NCBI GenBank assembly: GCA_022749935.1
Contig: JAKIWQ010000003.1
Coordinates: forward strand, 25,138 to 89,137
Reading direction: 5' to 3'
From: Thermoplasmata archaeon
GTDB lineage: Archaea; Thermoplasmatota; Thermoplasmata; Lutacidiplasmatales; UBA184
Length of the DNA stretch: 64,000 nt
Part shown: positions 1-8,634 of the stretch, in pieces
How positions within the stretch are numbered: position 1 is the first letter of the stretch
How the letters are laid out: each line of letters starts with the position of its first letter
Notes under the pieces: model-generated
The model's database searches: none
What the model was told of the DNA's origin: nothing
What the model saw: the letters and a program-made list of their open reading frames with translations, nothing else
Translations under genes and position numbers: made by a program

Positions 1-512
1 GGGTCGACTGGGAAGAGGTCTCCCACACCCCGACCGTCCGGGAGTACGAGGGACAGGCCCGAGTCGGCTTCCGGGGCGCGGAACGGATGATCCGGGTCCC
101 GCTGTCGGTCCGGATCGACCACCGGACCTGCCCGGACTGCAGCCGGAAGAGCGGACGATACTTCACCGCCACCCTCCAGCTCCGGGGTCCGGCCGAGGGC
201 CCCACCGAGAAATCCCCCGCGTTGCGGGCCCGACTCGAGACCGAGTGGAACCGACTCTACCAGGAGGCCCGACCGGACTGGCGGCGTGCCGTCTCCTGGC
301 TCGAGCCCCTCCCCGAGGGCTGGGACTGCTTCTTCACCGACACGCTGGCCGCCCGTGCGATGGCCAAGCTCGCGAAACAGCGGTTCGGCGCGTCCTTGAA
401 GGAATCGGCGACCCTGTTCGGACGGAAGGACGGGAGGGACATCTACCGGGTGACGTTCTGTCTCCGGTTCCCCCGTCCGGCGAAGCCCCCATCGCCCGCC
501 GTGGAACCATAG
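1..512 (+). CDS. NMD3-family (60S-subunit binding/export factor homologue) protein, C-terminal part; 5' end is off-window
   Basis: Frame is open from the window edge to the stop at 510-512; the track lists only the internal Met at 87. A CPDC zinc knuckle followed by GRYFTATLQLRG resembles the NMD3 signature. Third codon positions are GC-rich. Confidence 0.55.
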   Translation, partial: VDWEEVSHTPTVREYEGQARVGFRGAERMIRVPLSVRIDHRTCPDCSRKSGRYFTATLQLRGPAEGPTEKSPALRARLETEWNRLYQEARPDWRRAVSWLEPLPEGWDCFFTDTLAARAMAKLAKQRFGASLKESATLFGRKDGRDIYRVTFCLRFPRPAKPPSPAVEP

Positions 513-562
513 TCTTAAGAATCGACCCCCACTCGATGACCCCGGTAGCGGGGCACGCGTCC

Positions 563-943
563 ATGATGAAAAAGAGCGGTATTCTCCGGCGGCACCACGG
601 CGCAGACACTCTCGAGGAAGGGTCCTTCCTGGACCTCGGCGCGATGACGTTCGAAGACGAGGCGGGCGCGCTCGCGGGGACCAAGGGCACGGTCCGGCTC
701 GCCGAGATCCTTCGGTTCGAGGACCTCCACCAGGTCTCCAAGCTCGCCTACCAGGGGGACATCGTTCTTCTCGACTATACCTCGATCGCCAACGATTCCA
801 TCGCCGTCAAGCGGATGAGCATCGATCTGAAGAATGTCACGAAGGATACCGGCGGCGACGTCGCCGGGATCGCGAAGAACCTCCTCGCGATCACCCCGGC
901 CGGGATCCGGATCGACCGCAATAAGATCCGGCCCTCCTTCTAG
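563..943 (+). CDS. sepF: SepF-like cell-division protein (DUF552/SepF family)
   Basis: Distal part of track ORF 245..943, whose upstream part overlaps the NMD3 gene. Candidate starts are Met 536, 563 or 566. The core (VRLAEI, GDIVLLDY, GGDVAGI, LLAITPAGIRI) matches the archaeal SepF pattern as I recall it. Confidence 0.65.
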   Translation: MMKKSGILRRHHGADTLEEGSFLDLGAMTFEDEAGALAGTKGTVRLAEILRFEDLHQVSKLAYQGDIVLLDYTSIANDSIAVKRMSIDLKNVTKDTGGDVAGIAKNLLAITPAGIRIDRNKIRPSF

Positions 944-960
944 GTCCGGGATCCTCCGGC

Positions 961-2493
961 ATGAAGTTCGGCGTCGATCGTCGCGAAGCCCTCTCGGCGT
1001 CCGCGGACGCCGCGGCGGTCGGGGTCTTCGAGGTCGAGGGGAAGGACGACCGGCTCCCTCCCTCGCTCGCGCTCGCCGACAAGGCCACCGGCGGACTCCT
1101 GGCCGGGGCCTGGAAACGCCGAGAGGTCAAGGGAAAGAAACGCGAGGTGACGGTCTTGCACCGTCCCGACGGGCGGGGCCGGGTCCTCCTCGTCGGCCTC
1201 GGCGCCCGATCGCAGTTTACCGCGGACGTCGTCCGGCGCGCGGCCGCCGACGTCGTGCGCGCTCTCCGGGGCAAGGGCGCCCGCACGCTCGCCTTCCAGC
1301 TCGGGTCGTACGTCGAAGGGAGTGTCACGAGTTCGATGGCCGCCCGCGCGCTCGCGGACGGGTCGATCCTGGGCGCGTACGAGTTCCTGCGCTACCGGAC
1401 CACGACCGAGGGCGGCGTAGAGGAAGCGTCGGTCCATCTCGGCGAGGACCGTTCCTCCGAGGAACGCAGCCTCACGTCCGAGGTCGCAGAGCAGACCGTG
1501 ATCGCGGAGAACGTCCTGTGGACCCGCGATATCGCGAACCTGCCGGCCGACACCGCCACGCCCGAGCGGCTCGCCGAGGAGGCCCGCGTGCTGGGCAAGG
1601 CCCTCGGTCTCAAGGTCACGGTCTTCGACGAAAAGCAGTTGGCCAAGATGGGATGCGGAGGATTGCTCGCGGTCGGCGGCGGCTCGGTCCATCCTCCCCG
1701 TCTCGTCATCCTCGAGTACCCGGGCGGCACCCGCCGGGGCCGCACGGTCGCCGTGGTGGGCAAGGGGATCACGTTCGACTCGGGAGGGATCTCGATCAAA
1801 CCCGCCGCTCGCATGTCCGAGATGAAGTTCGACAAGTCGGGGGCGGTCGCCGTCCTCGGCATCCTGCGGGCCGCGGCGACCCTGAAGGTCGCGCCCCGTG
1901 TCATCGGAGTGATGTGCTGCGCCGAGAACCTGCCAAGCGGGTCGGCCTACCGTCCCGGCGACGTCGTACGGACCTACAATCAGAAGACCATCGAGATCCT
2001 CAACACGGACGCGGAGGGCCGGGTCGTGCTCGCCGACGGCCTCGGATACGTGGTCGACCAGTTCCATCCGGACGAGGTCATCGACCTCGCCACGCTCACG
2101 GGAGCCCAGGTGGTCGCGCTGGGCGACGACATGGGCGGTCTCGTCTGCCCCGACGACCGATTGGCGAACGGACTCCTGATGGCCTCGGCGGCCACGGGCG
2201 AGCCGATCTGGCGAATGCCGCTCACCGACTATCACCGGGAGCTCGTGAAGAGCGACCTGGCCGACGTCCGAAATTCGACCGAGATCGCGGTCGCGGGGAT
2301 GCTGACCGCCGCGGCGTTCTTGGAGACGTTCGTCGGGAAGACCCCCTGGGCCCACCTCGACATCGCGGGCGCGGCCTGGGTGAACCCCGTGACGCGAAAG
2401 TACCAACCGACCTACCAGAATCTCGGGGCCACCGGGTTCGGGGTTCGCCTCGTGGCGCGGTACCTCCAAGACCTTGGCACGTCCAAGGGGTAG
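961..2493 (+). CDS. pepA: Leucyl aminopeptidase, M17 family
   Basis: 510-aa ORF with M17 motifs VGKGITFDSGGISIKP and NTDAEGR. Confidence 0.9.
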   Translation: MKFGVDRREALSASADAAAVGVFEVEGKDDRLPPSLALADKATGGLLAGAWKRREVKGKKREVTVLHRPDGRGRVLLVGLGARSQFTADVVRRAAADVVRALRGKGARTLAFQLGSYVEGSVTSSMAARALADGSILGAYEFLRYRTTTEGGVEEASVHLGEDRSSEERSLTSEVAEQTVIAENVLWTRDIANLPADTATPERLAEEARVLGKALGLKVTVFDEKQLAKMGCGGLLAVGGGSVHPPRLVILEYPGGTRRGRTVAVVGKGITFDSGGISIKPAARMSEMKFDKSGAVAVLGILRAAATLKVAPRVIGVMCCAENLPSGSAYRPGDVVRTYNQKTIEILNTDAEGRVVLADGLGYVVDQFHPDEVIDLATLTGAQVVALGDDMGGLVCPDDRLANGLLMASAATGEPIWRMPLTDYHRELVKSDLADVRNSTEIAVAGMLTAAAFLETFVGKTPWAHLDIAGAAWVNPVTRKYQPTYQNLGATGFGVRLVARYLQDLGTSKG

Positions 2494-2499
2494 CGGCCG

Positions 2500-3960
2500 T
2501 CAGTTCGCCACGATCTGCACGCTCTCGCCGCCGTGGCGGGTCGCGCGCGGGCGGACCTCACAGAACAGCGGCGTGTGGTACCCTCCTCCGGTCACGAGGG
2601 CCACTCCGACCGGCAGCGACTGGATCATCTCGGTCATGCCCGGCGTCAGCCCCTCGATCGACTGCGCGATGGCGCGCAGGTCGAGGGGGTTCGTGACCTG
2701 GAGGATCAACTGGGTATTGCACTGGGAGAGGACGGTCTTGTCGATGCGCGCGGCCCGCTGGGTGACCGCGCAGAGGCCGAGACCGAACTTCCGTCCCTCG
2801 CTCGCGATGTTCTTCAGGATCCGGGAGCAGGTGGCGCTCCCCTGCTGGGGAGCGAAGTTGTGGGCCTCTTCGAGGACGAGGAAGAGCGGGGGGATCTTGT
2901 CCTTCTTCCGGTTCTCGAACAGGGTCGTCGCGAGCCTCGCGACCACGAGCTCCTGGACGTCGGGCGCGACCCCGCGGAGGTTGATGAGGGTCGCATCGCC
3001 CTTCTTCACGAGGTCGTTGAGGCTCGTCCCCTGGGGGCCGAGGAGCTTGGTCTGCTCGACGTACTCGAGGCGCTCGTGGAGCGTCTCCGCGACCGCCCCC
3101 TCGCCGGCCTCCGCCGCGCGGACCAGGTCGTGCACCGTATAGTCCGGATTGCTCGCCGCGACGTTCTCCATGATCTGCTTCAGCGGCGCGAGGAACGTCT
3201 TGACGTTCGTGAGCCCCATGAACACGAGCAGGTCCCGCGGGTCGGTGGTGCGCAGGTTGAAGGTCAGGGGTTTCGCCGACGGGTTCAAGCTCACGTCGGG
3301 GGAGTACTCCTGGATCTGGCGGGCGAACCCCTGGGACTCGACCCCGAATCGGTCGTGGCCTCCGTTCTTTTCGGCGGGGATCCGTAGCGAGCCGTACTCC
3401 CCGTGCGGGTCGATGATGACGCACGTGACCTTGTGCCGCAGGAGCTCCTCGATGAGGACGCCGAGGAGGTAGCTCTTCCCGCCCCCGGTCTTCGCGAGGA
3501 CGCTGACGTGGCGCTGGACGAGCTGGTTGATGTCGAGTTCGACGCGAAGGTTGTGGTTCCGTAGCAGCCCTACGTACGCGCCGCTGTTGGCGTGGTGCTT
3601 CAGCCCGAGAACGTCCGCGATGAGCGGCTCCTCCGCGCGGAAGACGTGGGCTCCGGGCCGGAAGGGGATCGAAGGGATCTTCACGAGCCCCTGGGCGTCC
3701 CGGTACCCCACGATCCGGGCGGCCCCGAGGAGGCTCTCGCGGATCGGCGTCTCCTCGCTCGGCATGAGGGCGCCGGCGTGCTCGAGGTCGAGGTCGCTCT
3801 TCCGCTTCAGGTCGTCCAGCTGACAGAGGACCTTCCCGTGGATCTCGTCCACGACCGTCAGGTAGTCGCCCCGCTCGATGGGGAGCGTGAGGCTGAGCTG
3901 GAACTGACCGAGGCCGACGTCGCCGAAGATGCGTCCGACCTCCTCCACGAGGCGTTTCAC
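2500..3960 (-). CDS. HerA-like / DUF87 P-loop ATPase (FtsK-HerA superfamily)
   Basis: 486-aa ORF with Walker A VLAKTGGGKSY, Walker B-like LFLVLEEAHNF and a C-terminal HerA-type arrangement. GTG at 3948 is an alternative start. Confidence 0.75.
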   Translation of the reverse strand: MKRLVEEVGRIFGDVGLGQFQLSLTLPIERGDYLTVVDEIHGKVLCQLDDLKRKSDLDLEHAGALMPSEETPIRESLLGAARIVGYRDAQGLVKIPSIPFRPGAHVFRAEEPLIADVLGLKHHANSGAYVGLLRNHNLRVELDINQLVQRHVSVLAKTGGGKSYLLGVLIEELLRHKVTCVIIDPHGEYGSLRIPAEKNGGHDRFGVESQGFARQIQEYSPDVSLNPSAKPLTFNLRTTDPRDLLVFMGLTNVKTFLAPLKQIMENVAASNPDYTVHDLVRAAEAGEGAVAETLHERLEYVEQTKLLGPQGTSLNDLVKKGDATLINLRGVAPDVQELVVARLATTLFENRKKDKIPPLFLVLEEAHNFAPQQGSATCSRILKNIASEGRKFGLGLCAVTQRAARIDKTVLSQCNTQLILQVTNPLDLRAIAQSIEGLTPGMTEMIQSLPVGVALVTGGGYHTPLFCEVRPRATRHGGESVQIVAN

Positions 3961-4087
3961 CGGGGGGGTCGGATATTAGTATGACGCGGGAGACGCAAGC
4001 GGAGGTGGCCCGCGCCGGAAGTCTTTATATCGCGGGGCTCGGTGGAATGCTGCCCCTACTCGATCGGTCACGGCGGGGCGCGGGCCT

Positions 4088-4951
4088 TTGACGGACGCGG
4101 CAGAAGAACTTGAACGCAAGCGGGCGGAGTCGAACGCTCGAGCGGATGAGCACCGGGCCAAGCGCGACAAGCTCAACGCGGAGGCCCGCACGATCGCCGA
4201 TGAGCGAGGCCGCATCCTGGACGAGCTGCACGGCCGAAGTGCGGATGCGCAGGATCACCGTCGGCACCGCGACCAGCTGAACTCCGATGTCCGGGAGGCC
4301 AAGCGGCTCCGGGAGGAGTGGAACCGCAAGCTGCAGGAACTCGGCGACAAGGTCCAGGAGCTGAAGCGGAGCCGGACCCCGCGGCCCGGCGCGATCCCCG
4401 TCTGGCGGCTCCGCAAGGAGCTCAAGGAGCTCGAGTTCCGTCACATGACGACCGCGCTCACCGGGGACCAGGAAAAGCGGCTCATCGAGGAGATGAAGCG
4501 GCTCGAGGCCGCCGTCCGAGAGCAGGACCAGGAACTCCGGCAGGATCCCGAGGTCGAGGCGACGCTGAAGTCGTTCCAGGAAGCGCGCGACGAAGCCGAG
4601 AAGCACCACGCCGCGGTCGGCCAGCTCGCCGAGGACGCCCAGCTCGAGCATGAGGCGATGGTCGGGCTCTACGAGCTCGTGGACGAGCTCCGACGTCAGG
4701 CCGACGAGATCCAGACCCGGCTCATCGAGGTCAAGACCGCCGCGGACGAGGAACACCGGGCCCACATCGCCTCGATCGAGGAGGTGCGGGACCTGGAGAA
4801 GACGCTCTTCGCGGCCCGCGGAGGACGTGCGCCCCCGAGCTGGGCCGACGCCGAGCCCCCGCGGGAGGAGGACTTCCTCGCCCGTCTCAAGAAGGGGGAG
4901 AAGGTGTCGACCGAGGACCTCCTCGAGTTGCAGAAGACCGGGCGCGGGTAA
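4088..4951 (+). CDS. Long coiled-coil protein (resembles archaeal COG1340-type coiled-coil proteins)
   Basis: 287-aa ORF with a TTG start. It is extremely rich in E/R/K/L/A with a heptad-like pattern over about 240 aa and has GC-rich third positions. It lies divergent from the HerA-like gene. Confidence 0.6.
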   Translation: MTDAAEELERKRAESNARADEHRAKRDKLNAEARTIADERGRILDELHGRSADAQDHRRHRDQLNSDVREAKRLREEWNRKLQELGDKVQELKRSRTPRPGAIPVWRLRKELKELEFRHMTTALTGDQEKRLIEEMKRLEAAVREQDQELRQDPEVEATLKSFQEARDEAEKHHAAVGQLAEDAQLEHEAMVGLYELVDELRRQADEIQTRLIEVKTAADEEHRAHIASIEEVRDLEKTLFAARGGRAPPSWADAEPPREEDFLARLKKGEKVSTEDLLELQKTGRG

Positions 4952-5022
4952 CCCACCGTTCGGGGGCCGCGCCCCGCCGTCCGAGACAACGTATATACCC
5001 GTCTCTGTGGTGCCCGCCCCGG

Positions 5023-5424
5023 ATGCGTCAGGTTAAGCTCGACCAGTCGGAGCTCCGCCAGATCAAGGAGCTCTACGAGGGTGTGATGTCCCACGCCTGC
5101 CACGGCTTGTTCTTCAAGGAAGGATCGGTCATCGCCGCCCCGATGGCGGAGGAGGCCCTCAAGGACCGGGCCCACTACTTCGAGCGGGCCGGGCACCAAC
5201 TGAAGGAGCACGGTTGGGTCGAGGAGGTCACGTTCGCCGAGCACGAAGTGGTCGTGAAGGGGTCCATCGAGGTCTCCCCGAGCGACATCCCAACCTGCCA
5301 CCGCCTTCGCGGCATGCTCCGCGAGTTCTACGAACGTTTTAAGGGGGGGCGCGTTAAATGCACGGAAGAGATGTGCGCTAGCACCGGCCACCCTGAGTGC
5401 CGTTTCCGCGTCGAGGAAATGTAG
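5023..5424 (+). CDS. V4R-domain-like small-molecule-binding protein (COG1719-like)
   Basis: 133-aa ORF. The C-terminal Cys pattern VKCTEEMCASTGHPECRFRV resembles the V4R signature. It lies immediately upstream of a Roadblock/LC7 gene, a known pairing. Confidence 0.5.
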   Translation: MRQVKLDQSELRQIKELYEGVMSHACHGLFFKEGSVIAAPMAEEALKDRAHYFERAGHQLKEHGWVEEVTFAEHEVVVKGSIEVSPSDIPTCHRLRGMLREFYERFKGGRVKCTEEMCASTGHPECRFRVEEM

Positions 5425-5440
5425 GAGGGGGTCGGACCGA

Positions 5441-5800
5441 ATGATGGCAACCGGGAACGTCGGCACCGTCGTGAAGGAGCTCAAGGCCCGCATCGGGGGC
5501 ACGGCCACCGCGCTCGTCTCGCGCGATGGGCTCGTCCTCTTCGCCGACGTCCCCGCCGGAGTCTACACGGAGACCTTTGCCATCATGTGTGCCACCATCC
5601 TCGGGGCCGCCGCGACGGCGAACACGGAGCTCAATCGCTCCCCGCCGGAGCGGATCGTCATCGAGGGGAACGATTCGAAGACGATCATCGTGGGGAGCGG
5701 GAAGAAGGCCCTCCTCGTGGCGGTCGTCGACAAGTCCGCGGACGTCACCAAGGTCCTCGAGGAGGTCGGCAAGGTCGCCGAGCTCCTCAAGGCGAACTGA
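5441..5800 (+). CDS. Roadblock/LC7 (MglB-like) domain protein
   Basis: 119-aa ORF. Size and pattern (ALVSRDGLVLFA, TFAIMCATILGAA, GKKALLVAVVD) are typical of archaeal Roadblock/LC7 proteins. Confidence 0.75.
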   Translation: MMATGNVGTVVKELKARIGGTATALVSRDGLVLFADVPAGVYTETFAIMCATILGAAATANTELNRSPPERIVIEGNDSKTIIVGSGKKALLVAVVDKSADVTKVLEEVGKVAELLKAN

Positions 5801-5821
5801 CGCGCGTCCGCGCGCTGCCCG

Positions 5822-6667
5822 CTACGCCTCGAGACCGGTGCGTCGGGGCATCGTCCGGTCCACCCGTCGCCCGCCTCCCGTGGTGACCCGGAAGAAGTAG
5901 CCGCCCAGCGCGGCGAGGAGGCGCGCCCAGGAAATCGCGCTCCGCTGGCCGGTCATGAGCCGACGTAACCGGTACTTCCCCCAGAGGTTCCCGTGCTTCT
6001 CGGTCAGCTGTTTGCGGCCGTACCCGTTCCAGAACGCCTGGACGAGGAACCGGACGAACGTCGTGCGCAGGTGGTGGTAGACGAGCGCTTCCGCGTCGTA
6101 GACGAGGGATCCCCCCGCTTCGACCGCCCGCAGATTCAAGTCGATGTCCTCCGCGGTCACGAACCGGGGGTCGAACCCACCGAGCCGAAGGAAGAGTTCA
6201 CGGCGGTAGGCAAGGTTGCAGGTCGGGAACGTCACATCGTTCCCTTTCTCAAAGAGCTCCACGCGCTCGAGCTGGCCGTACTTGGGTTTCCCGACGGTCA
6301 GTGTCCGGCCCGCGACGACTGGGGAGCTCCGCAGGCCCTGGCGCAGCACCTGGAGCCATTGACGGTCTGCATAACAGTCCCCGTCGATGAACGCCACGAA
6401 CTCCCCTCGGGCCTCTCGGACCCCGGCGTTCCGCCCCAGGCCCCGCGAGCCCGGTCGATGGACGAGCCGAAGGAACCCCGCGTGGTTGCGGGCGAATTGC
6501 TCGGCGATCTCCACCGTACGGTCCCGGCTCTCCGAGTCCACCAGCACGACCTCGAACGGCGCCTCCTGGGCGAGGAGGCTCTCGAGCAGTTGCCCGAGGT
6601 GGAGTTCCTCGTTCCGGACCGTGATGACGACCGAGATCAGCCCTGGGGCAGGGTCACTACTTCCCAA
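5822..6667 (-). CDS. Glycosyltransferase family 2
   Basis: 281-aa ORF. The N-terminal ISVVITVRNEE..LL.SLL.Q and VVLVDSESRDRT plus FIDGD (DxD) are typical of GT2. Confidence 0.8.
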   Translation of the reverse strand: MGSSDPAPGLISVVITVRNEELHLGQLLESLLAQEAPFEVVLVDSESRDRTVEIAEQFARNHAGFLRLVHRPGSRGLGRNAGVREARGEFVAFIDGDCYADRQWLQVLRQGLRSSPVVAGRTLTVGKPKYGQLERVELFEKGNDVTFPTCNLAYRRELFLRLGGFDPRFVTAEDIDLNLRAVEAGGSLVYDAEALVYHHLRTTFVRFLVQAFWNGYGRKQLTEKHGNLWGKYRLRRLMTGQRSAISWARLLAALGGYFFRVTTGGGRRVDRTMPRRTGLEA

Positions 6668-6899
6668 TGTCCATCACGACGACGTCCTTGACCGCGCGCA
6701 TGCTCTTGAAAGGGAGCACGAGGCGGCCGGTCGTGTCGCTCTGGAAGAGGCGTTGCTCGACATCCTCGCTCGGCGTGACGAGGACGTGCGCGATGCCACC
6801 GGTGACCGTGTCCACGACGAAATTGTCGATGAGGCCGAGGATCTGGCCGTCGTTCGTCATCACCGTTTTGCCGCGGAGCTCAGTCAGGAACCTGCGCAT
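6657..6899 (-). CDS. PRC-barrel domain protein (CdpB-like small archaeal PRC-barrel protein)
   Basis: Distal 80 aa of track ORF 6657..7046, starting at Met 6899 (MRRFLTELRGKTVMTNDGQILGLIDNFVVD). The G-rich barrel motif and size fit stand-alone archaeal PRC-barrel proteins. It overlaps the GT2 start by 11 nt. Confidence 0.6.
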   Translation of the reverse strand: MRRFLTELRGKTVMTNDGQILGLIDNFVVDTVTGGIAHVLVTPSEDVEQRLFQSDTTGRLVLPFKSMRAVKDVVVMDIGK

Positions 6900-7049
6900 G
6901 GAGGAAGGCCTCGGGCGAGGATGGCGGAGGGCAGTATTTAATCGTTCATGGGGAGACGCAGGCCCCCGGCAGAATGCCGTCGCACCGGGCGCTCCGGAAG
7001 CTCTCCGGCCGTCAGGAAACCCGCGCCGTACCTCACCCGGGGCCAACGC

Positions 7050-7055
7050 TTATAT
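7050..7055 (+). promoter_or_regulatory. TATA-like box (TTATAT) upstream of the L18e-L13-S9-RpoN operon
   Basis: This is the only AT-rich hexamer in a GC-rich spacer and sits 30-35 nt upstream of the L18e ATG at 7085. Confidence 0.4.
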
Positions 7056-7084
7056 CGGGTACCCGGGTCGGAGGCGACCCGCCC

Positions 7085-7450
7085 ATGGCCCGTTCTCACG
7101 TCAAGGGAAACCCGGAACTCCTCCGGGTCGTGCACGAGTTGCGCCTCGCGGCCCGCTCGCACGACGCCCCGGTCTGGGCCTCGGTCGCGGACCGTCTCGA
7201 GCGTGCCCGGCACCAGACCCCCGCTGTGAACGTGGGCCAGCTGGAGCGGATCGCGGCGGCGGACGAGACCCTGGTCGTGCCGGGGAAGGTCCTCGCGGAC
7301 GGCGACCTTTCCAAGAAGCTGACGGTCGCCGCCTTCTCCTACTCGGCGGAGGCGCGCATGAAGATCCACGCCGCCGGCGGAACCGCGCTCTCGCTCCACG
7401 ACCTGCTCAAGGCCAAGCCCAGCGGCGCGGGGGTGCGTCTGATTGCCTGA
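7085..7450 (+). CDS. rpl18e: 50S ribosomal protein L18e (eL18)
   Basis: Start at Met 7085 inside track ORF 6974..7450. The sequence MARSHVKGNPELLRVV...GAGVRLIA and the position ahead of L13/S9/RpoN match the conserved archaeal operon. Confidence 0.85.
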   Translation: MARSHVKGNPELLRVVHELRLAARSHDAPVWASVADRLERARHQTPAVNVGQLERIAAADETLVVPGKVLADGDLSKKLTVAAFSYSAEARMKIHAAGGTALSLHDLLKAKPSGAGVRLIA

Positions 7451-7886
7451 AGCTACCCCCGGGCCGACTCCGACCGTCGTGGATGCCTCCGGGCTCATCC
7501 TCGGTAGGGCGGCGAGCGTCATCGCGAAGCGCCTCATGAACGGCGAGTCGATCGTCGTCGTCAACGCGGAGAAGGCCGTTGTGACGGGCTCCCGGACCCA
7601 GGTCATCGCCTTCTACACGGCGGCGCGCGCCCGCGGCTCCGTCCGCAGCGGGCCCCACTTCCCCCGGTACCCGGACCGGATTTTCCGCCGAACGGTGCGC
7701 GGGATGGTTCCGCACCTAAAGACGCGCGGCAAGGAGGCCATGGACCGCCTCGAGGTCCACATCGGCGTCCCCGAACCATTCCAGAGCGTGCACGGCGAGA
7801 CGCTGCCCGCCGCCCAACCACGCCCCGCCCTCCGCCCTCCCCTCACGCTCGCCGAGGTCACGCGACTGTTGGGAGCCAAGGTATGA
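7443..7886 (+). CDS. rpl13: 50S ribosomal protein L13 (uL13)
   Basis: 147-aa ORF with a TTG start overlapping the L18e stop. Contains VVDASGLILGRAASVIAKRL..G..IVVVNAEK, typical of uL13. Confidence 0.9.
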   Translation: MPEATPGPTPTVVDASGLILGRAASVIAKRLMNGESIVVVNAEKAVVTGSRTQVIAFYTAARARGSVRSGPHFPRYPDRIFRRTVRGMVPHLKTRGKEAMDRLEVHIGVPEPFQSVHGETLPAAQPRPALRPPLTLAEVTRLLGAKV

Positions 7887-8290
7887 AGGCACCCCAGATC
7901 GTTCTGGCGACCGGAAAACGGAAGGCGGCGGTCGCGCGGGCCACCGTACGCAAGGGGATCGGCAAGGTGCGCGTGAACGAGCGGCCTCTCGAACTGGTCG
8001 AACCCGAGATCGTGCGCCAGAAGATCCAGGAACCGCTTCTCATGGTCGGCGACCGAGTGAAGAACATCGACATCGCGGTCCAGGTCCGGGGTGGTGGGAT
8101 CGTCGGTCAGGCCTCCGCGGCCCGTACCGCGGTCGCGCGGGGCCTCCTCATCTGGTTGAAGGACGACAGCTTGCGCGATATGTTCCGTCACTACGACCGT
8201 TCGCTCACGGTCAACGACCCTCGCCGAAAGCTCCCGAAGCGGCCCGGCGGCCGTGGGGCCACCCAGCGCCGGCAGAAGTCCTACCGTTAG
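7883..8290 (+). CDS. rps9: 30S ribosomal protein S9 (uS9)
   Basis: 135-aa ORF whose ATG overlaps the L13 stop (ATGA). The C-terminal RRQKSYR ending is typical of uS9. Confidence 0.9.
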   Translation: MKAPQIVLATGKRKAAVARATVRKGIGKVRVNERPLELVEPEIVRQKIQEPLLMVGDRVKNIDIAVQVRGGGIVGQASAARTAVARGLLIWLKDDSLRDMFRHYDRSLTVNDPRRKLPKRPGGRGATQRRQKSYR

Positions 8291-8304
8291 GGGGGAGATC
8301 GACC

Positions 8305-8502
8305 ATGACGATGATGGTGCCGGTCCGGTGCTTCACCTGCGGGGCCGTCGTGGGCCAGCATTGGGACGAGTACCGCGAGCGTACCGCCCGGGGCGAGGAC
8401 GCGGGCGAGGTCCTGACCAACCTCGGACTTCAGCGATACTGCTGCCGTCGCATGCTGCTGACCCACGTCGACCTCCTCGATGAGGTCGGCCCGTACGGTT
8501 AG
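8305..8502 (+). CDS. rpoN: DNA-directed RNA polymerase subunit N (Rpo10)
   Basis: 65-aa ORF with VPVRCFTCG...RYCCRRML, the RpoN zinc-binding signature. The true start may be Met 8311 or 8314. Confidence 0.9.
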   Translation: MTMMVPVRCFTCGAVVGQHWDEYRERTARGEDAGEVLTNLGLQRYCCRRMLLTHVDLLDEVGPYG

Positions 8503-8634
8503 TCCGAATCCGGCGCGCGGCCCGATCCGACCGAGGGGCCGAAAAGGTCCCGGCGGGATTCGAAGGTCGGGACCGTCGACGCGGTCGATAGAAACGGGGG
8601 GAGGAAGGGGTTTTCGTCCGAGCGACGCGAGCGC

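Noticed and set aside
563-569. ATGATGA (a C-box-like sequence) as the start of a C/D box sRNA
   Set aside because: It coincides with the tandem Met codons at the sepF start, and no D box (CTGA) or C'/D' arrangement follows at the right spacing.
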